Source of the DNA: a virus | Lineage: Duplodnaviria; Caudoviricetes | Length of the DNA stretch: 64,000 nt | Direction: 5' to 3' (one strand) | IMG/VR virus record: IMGVR_UViG_3300014205_000170 | Location: 288,001 to 352,000 of that record | Shown: positions 59,395-64,000 of the stretch, piece by piece | Layout of the letters: each line of letters starts with the position of its first letter | Numbering within the stretch: position 1 is the first letter of the stretch | Program-made: the position numbers and the translations under genes | The notes under the pieces: generated by a model | Database searches by the model: none | What the model was told of the DNA's origin: nothing | The model's input: the letters and a program-made list of their open reading frames with translations, nothing else

Positions 59395-61011
59395 ATGAAT
59401 TTTATTGAAGAAAAAATAATTGAAAAAGGAAATGTTGAGAAATTTAAACTTAGATTTCCACCAGAAAATAATGGCCACCTTCATGTTGGTCATGCGAAAT
59501 CCATATGTCTTAACTTTGGGTTGTCTGAAAAATACAATAGACCTTGTAATTTAAGATTTGATGATACAAATCCTTCTAATGAATCAGATGAATATACAAA
59601 GTCTATTATAAAAGATATTGAATGGTTAAATTATAAGCCGGCAGAAATTTTACATACTTCTGACTATTTCTCTTTTCTTTATGAATCAGCCATAAAATTA
59701 ATCAAAAAAGGATTGGCATATGTTGACGATTCAACATCAGAAGAAATTGCAAAATTAAAAGGTACTCCAACTATGTCTGGAAAACCGTCTCCTTATTATT
59801 CGCGTACCGTTGAAGAAAATTTAGATTTGTTCGAAAGAATGAAAAACGGAGAGTTTACAGAAGGTTCAAAAATTCTTAGAGCTAAAATTGATATGGCTTC
59901 TCCTAATATGATTTTAAGAGACCCAGTGATGTATAGAATTATAAATACAACACATCATCATACAGGAGATGTTTGGAAAATTTATCCAATGTATGATTTC
60001 GCACATCCTTTATCAGATTATACTGAAGGAATCACAGATTCTTTATGTACTTTAGAATTTGAAGTTCATAGACCACTTTATAATTGGTTTTTGGAAAATT
60101 TGAATTTACCAAATCCATTGCCGGAAGAAACAGAATTTGCTCGTTTAAACATTGAATATACAGTACTTTCAAAACGTAAATTAAAAAGATTGGTTGAAGA
60201 GAAATTTGTTTCAGGATGGGACGACCCAAGAATGCCAACCATTTCAGGATTAAGAAGAAGAGGATATACTCCAACAGCTATTAAAGATTTTTGTGAACGA
60301 GTTGGCGTTACAAAAAAAGAATCTTTAATAAGTTATTTGCTTTTAGAAGAATGTTTAAGAAATGACTTAAATAAATCTACCAATAGATTTATGGGAATAA
60401 TGAATCCTGTTAAAATAACAATTACAAACTGGAATAATGGCGTTGAAATGGTTGAAGTTGAGAACAATCCAGAGGATGAAACTGCCGGAAAAAGATTAAT
60501 TCCTTTTTCAAAAGAATTGTGGATTGATAGAGACGATTTTAGAGAAGAAGCTGATAATAAATTTTTCAGATTAAAATTAGGGAGTGAAGTTAGATTGAAA
60601 GGTGCTTATGTCATAAAAGCAGAAGAAGTGATTAAGAATGGAGATGTTATTACGGAAATAAAATGTACATATGACCCTTTAACGAAATCTGGATTAGGCA
60701 CTAACAGAAAAGTTAAAGGAACAATTCATTGGGTTTCTTGCGAACATGGAGTTAAGGCAGAAGTTAGAGAATATTCAAAATTATTCACTCATATCACACC
60801 GGATAAGTCTGAAGATGATTTTGTAAACTATATTGATGCCAACTCTTTGGTTATTAATAACAATGCAATATTTGAACCGGCTGTTTTAAATTGTATTCCT
60901 GGAAAACCAGTTCAAATGATAAGAGTAGGTTATTACGTAAGAGATACGAATGATGAATCTCTTATTTTTAATAAGACCGTGTCTCTTAAGGAGGATAAGT
61001 ATAAATCATAG
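59395..61011 (+). CDS. glnS: Glutaminyl-tRNA synthetase
   Basis: RFPPENNGHLHVGHAKS, LRFDDTNP, IYPMYDFAH, SLCTLEF, LSKRKL, WDDPRMPTISGLRRRG; start placed at MNFIEE. Confidence 0.95.
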   Translation: MNFIEEKIIEKGNVEKFKLRFPPENNGHLHVGHAKSICLNFGLSEKYNRPCNLRFDDTNPSNESDEYTKSIIKDIEWLNYKPAEILHTSDYFSFLYESAIKLIKKGLAYVDDSTSEEIAKLKGTPTMSGKPSPYYSRTVEENLDLFERMKNGEFTEGSKILRAKIDMASPNMILRDPVMYRIINTTHHHTGDVWKIYPMYDFAHPLSDYTEGITDSLCTLEFEVHRPLYNWFLENLNLPNPLPEETEFARLNIEYTVLSKRKLKRLVEEKFVSGWDDPRMPTISGLRRRGYTPTAIKDFCERVGVTKKESLISYLLLEECLRNDLNKSTNRFMGIMNPVKITITNWNNGVEMVEVENNPEDETAGKRLIPFSKELWIDRDDFREEADNKFFRLKLGSEVRLKGAYVIKAEEVIKNGDVITEIKCTYDPLTKSGLGTNRKVKGTIHWVSCEHGVKAEVREYSKLFTHITPDKSEDDFVNYIDANSLVINNNAIFEPAVLNCIPGKPVQMIRVGYYVRDTNDESLIFNKTVSLKEDKYKS

Positions 61012-61146
61012 GAGAAAAGTAGTTAATTCTATAAAAATCATATTTTTTTGAACATTTTCAATGTTAAGTTTTTTATATATTGCTTTTTTTCATATATTTG
61101 TTTATATTTATCTAACATACAGATAACAATTTAATAACACAGAAAT

Positions 61147-61542
61147 ATGAAAAAGCTAATATTATTATTAATCTTCTTTGTAACATTTACATCATTTGCT
61201 ACAAATATTACTGAGAAAAACATTGATTATTATTCTAATGGTAATGTGAAAACTAAACTTTTCAAATATGAAGAATATTCTACATTAGTTAAGTATTATG
61301 AAACTGGCAAAATTCAAGAAATTGGATATTTTGATTTATCTGGTAATAAAACCGGTCATTGGCTTAGTTTTTATGATAATGGAAGAATGATGTCAGAAGC
61401 TAATTTTAAAAATGGCAGAAAGCATGGAGAGTGGAAATCTTATGACACTAATGGAAAAATGATTGTTTTTATTAAATATAAACGTGGTCAAAAAATTCTG
61501 GGTTGTCTTGTAAATGATAAAAATGAATTGGTAGTTCGTTAA
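61147..61542 (+). CDS. Secreted MORN-variant repeat protein
   Basis: Signal peptide; YYSNGN, YYETGK, FYDNGR, KHGEWKSY. Confidence 0.75.
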   Translation: MKKLILLLIFFVTFTSFATNITEKNIDYYSNGNVKTKLFKYEEYSTLVKYYETGKIQEIGYFDLSGNKTGHWLSFYDNGRMMSEANFKNGRKHGEWKSYDTNGKMIVFIKYKRGQKILGCLVNDKNELVVR

Positions 61543-61558
61543 TGCTAAAACATATATT

Positions 61559-61593
61559 TAAAAGGGTTAAAATTAAGGTTTTAACCCTTTTTT
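61559..61593 (+). terminator. Intrinsic terminator
   Basis: aaagggttaaaa/ttttaacccttt plus T-run. Confidence 0.75.
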
Positions 61594-61669
61594 ATTGTAA
61601 TAAACTTTTAGCTGGGTTTTTCGTTTAAATTATATTGAAATATCATTATTTTTTAGTATTTTTGACATC

Positions 61670-61978
61670 GTGGAGCAGATAAATAATTTCCAACCTAAAG
61701 TAGTGTGGGATAATAATTTTTTTTTAAACAAACTTACAAGGGAAGTTTTTATAGAAAAGATTTTTTTGCACATAAAATATGCTGTTTTAAATGAATGGAA
61801 ACGAGAAAATGGAATACTTTCTTTTTCTATAAAAACAAAATGTGATTTTTGTAAAAAAGAATCAACTGCAATTTTTGATTATGGTTCTAAAAAGAGTAAT
61901 AAAACATTAGGAGTTTGTATTTATTGTGATGAATTAATTATATGTTGGAGTAAATATTTTAATGGAAGAATCAACTAA
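61670..61978 (+). CDS. Zinc-finger hypothetical protein (REVFIEK motif)
   Basis: CDFC...CIYC. Confidence 0.45.
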   Translation: MEQINNFQPKVVWDNNFFLNKLTREVFIEKIFLHIKYAVLNEWKRENGILSFSIKTKCDFCKKESTAIFDYGSKKSNKTLGVCIYCDELIICWSKYFNGRIN

Positions 61979-62765
61979 ATATTCACGTACATTACACTTT
62001 CCAATTTCGAAGGGAACAACTTCGGATGATAGAATATTGTCCGCTGGGTACTTAGATATTGTTTCTAAGATGAATCTAATTGTTACTGAAAAATTAGATG
62101 GTCAAAATGATTGTTTAAAAAAAGATGGAGTTTTTGCGAGGTCACACACAGCTCCTAGTGCGCATCCTTGGGATAAACCTTTGTGGGATAGATGGAATTT
62201 AATTAAGAACGATTTAAAAGACCTTGAAATATTTGGAGAAAACATGTATGGAATACATTCAGTGGCTTATAGTAAACTTGAATCATTTTATTATGTTTTT
62301 GCAGTAAGAGAAAAAGGAGTTTGGCTTTCTTGGGAAGAAGTTAAATTTTATGCAGCAATGTTGGATTTTCCAGTTGTACCTGAGTTAAAATATGATAATA
62401 CACTTTCTTCATTTGTTAATCCTAAAAAATCAGAGAATGATTGTTTGAAAGAATGGTTACAATCGTTTTTAAAAATGGATTGGGAAGATTACACAAACAC
62501 TTCCGGAGCATTAGGTGGTTATAATCCAAAAAACAATAACAAGCCAGCATGTGAAGGTTTCGTAATTAGAAATTCAACTGCATTTAAAACAAATGATGGA
62601 ATTATAAAAACGCAACCAAATGAATTTCGCAATGTGTTTAAATTAGTTAGAGGAGGCCATGTTCAAACAGATGAACATTGGACTAAAAATTGGCAACCAG
62701 CTACATTAATTAACGGTGAAAAATATGGTTGGTATGGATATGAAAACAATTATAAAAATAAATAA
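61962..62765 (+). CDS. ATP-dependent RNA ligase family protein
   Basis: KYSRTLH, TEKLDGQN (motif I), FGENM, EGFVIR, FKLVR. Confidence 0.85.
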   Translation: MEESTKYSRTLHFPISKGTTSDDRILSAGYLDIVSKMNLIVTEKLDGQNDCLKKDGVFARSHTAPSAHPWDKPLWDRWNLIKNDLKDLEIFGENMYGIHSVAYSKLESFYYVFAVREKGVWLSWEEVKFYAAMLDFPVVPELKYDNTLSSFVNPKKSENDCLKEWLQSFLKMDWEDYTNTSGALGGYNPKNNNKPACEGFVIRNSTAFKTNDGIIKTQPNEFRNVFKLVRGGHVQTDEHWTKNWQPATLINGEKYGWYGYENNYKNK

Positions 62766-62767
62766 AA

Positions 62768-63273
62768 ATGAAAATAAGTACACTTTTTAAATATATTGCA
62801 CTTGTGTGTTGTATTACGAATTTGATTTCATCAATTATTTGGTCTTTTGTAGTACATGATTATAATAAAGCTTATGAAAGGTCAGAAATGGCAATGGTCT
62901 TTTTGCTATTTTATGGTGTTTTATATACTATAGATAAAAATAAATGTCAGAAACCATAATTAAAACAATTCATAAAGTAAGAGTTTCTGGTAGATGGGTT
63001 GAGTTTTGGTTTAAAGAAAATTTATCTAAAGACAAAAATTACAAAAGTGAATGGGGAGAGTTTATAGGAGAAGAGTGTTTCCATGCTTGTGTAAAAATTA
63101 GTAAGTTATTTCAGGTTTTGAACGAAAAAGAAAATGAACCCATAAGAGAAGAAATGGTAGCAGCAAAACTTAAGAACATTAAGACGGTTTGGGTACATAG
63201 TCACTTTAAAGGTAATTTAGAATTTGTAAGTTTTTTAGAGGGGGTACGAACAGTTTTAATAGAAAAAAAATAA
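62768..63273 (+). CDS. Two small hypothetical proteins (62768-62959 membrane protein; 62944-63273 ending RTVLIEKK)
   Basis: Overlapping ORFs in operon. Confidence 0.5.
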
Positions 63274-64000
63274 TGAATGATAAAATAGATATATTGAAAT
63301 CTTTAGAATCATATTGGAATTGGGATGATGAAGCTTTAGGGTGCATCTCAGCCCTAAAAGGTTGTCAGCAAAGCAAGATTCATCATGCTGAAGGAGATGT
63401 TTATGTTCATACTCAAATGGTGACCAACGAAATGGAACAAGCTCTTAAAACAAAAAACTTTAATCAAACTCAAAAAGATACTTTATTATTATCAGCTCTT
63501 TTACATGATATTGCAAAACCAGACACAACTTATATTGATGAAGAGTCTAAGGATTGGGTAAGTCCGGGTCATGCAAAATTAGGAGAAAAACTTGCAAGAG
63601 AATTGTTGTTTAAAAAATTCCCCTTTTTACAGAGAGAAGAAATTTCTGCACTTGTTCGATATCACGGTTTACCTATTTGGGCAGAAGTAAAACCTAATCC
63701 GGATAAAGCTATTATAGAAGCTTCTTTAAGATGTAATTTAAATGAACTTTCATTATTGGCTGAATGTGATTTTAAAGGAAGAATATGTCAAGATTTAGAT
63801 GATATGCTTCTTCGTATTGAAATATTTAAAGAGAGAGCAGAAAAGCTTAATTGTTTAAATCAACCATATCCATTTGCAAATGACTGGTCTAGATTACATT
63901 GTTTTCGTAGAGATAGTTATCATGCTGCCGAAATATGGGAACCCAAAAAAGGTTGGTTAACAATAATGTGTGGTTTGCCTGGTTCTGGTAAAAACACATG
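63273..64000 (+). CDS. HD-domain plus P-loop kinase protein (PNK-like RNA end-healing; partial)
   Basis: Manual translation: HHAEGDVYVHT, LLHDIAK, GHA, ECDFKGR, then MCGLPGSGKNT at the window end. Confidence 0.8.
   Translation, partial: MNDKIDILKSLESYWNWDDEALGCISALKGCQQSKIHHAEGDVYVHTQMVTNEMEQALKTKNFNQTQKDTLLLSALLHDIAKPDTTYIDEESKDWVSPGHAKLGEKLARELLFKKFPFLQREEISALVRYHGLPIWAEVKPNPDKAIIEASLRCNLNELSLLAECDFKGRICQDLDDMLLRIEIFKERAEKLNCLNQPYPFANDWSRLHCFRRDSYHAAEIWEPKKGWLTIMCGLPGSGKNT

Noticed and set aside
416-60274. Numerous 60-140 aa ORFs antisense to or nested in larger genes
   Set aside because: Shadow ORFs overlapping well-supported genes, with no recognisable motifs.
1-64000. Stop-codon reassignment as in some jumbo phages
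   Set aside because: Long genes are intact in the standard code, and TAG/TGA end genes at expected positions (ValRS-upstream ORF, GlnRS).
1-64000. CRISPR array, integrase or transposase
   Set aside because: No regularly spaced direct repeats and no recombinase or transposase motifs seen.

Overview
AT-rich (roughly 25-30% GC by eye) segment of a large T4-like (myovirus-type) jumbo phage. The host is most likely a Bacteroidota member: there are two Bacteroidota-type RpoD sigma factors, TAnnTTTG promoters and A-rich translation starts. The standard genetic code fits. Left part: a sugar epimerase/glycosyltransferase cluster, a SET protein, a GIY-YIG nuclease, head-associated proteins, PhoH, a DnaQ exonuclease and tandem sigma factors. 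Middle: a minus-strand virion module with portal, terminase, fibres, tube, sheath and gp13/14/15-like genes, plus an intergenic structured RNA candidate. Right part: an HD hydrolase, a nicotinamidase, a complete ABC transporter cassette and a translation-support island (minimal ValRS, 15 tRNAs, GlnRS, RNA ligase, HD/P-loop kinase). Two things stand out. (1) Three unannotated leader-peptide attenuators (leader ORF, antiterminator, intrinsic terminator) sit in front of ValRS (Val-rich leader), a 4x tRNA-Gln + GlnRS operon (Gln7 leader) and an 11-tRNA array whose leader carries the codons read by those tRNAs. Together they look like a codon-sensing switch for on-demand tRNA/aaRS supply. (2) A short R-x-V-L-F-E-K-like peptide motif recurs in about 15 otherwise unrelated small proteins, including degenerate copies of prohead protease, major capsid C-terminus and tail tube. 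Functional calls rest on motif recognition by eye; no database searches were run.
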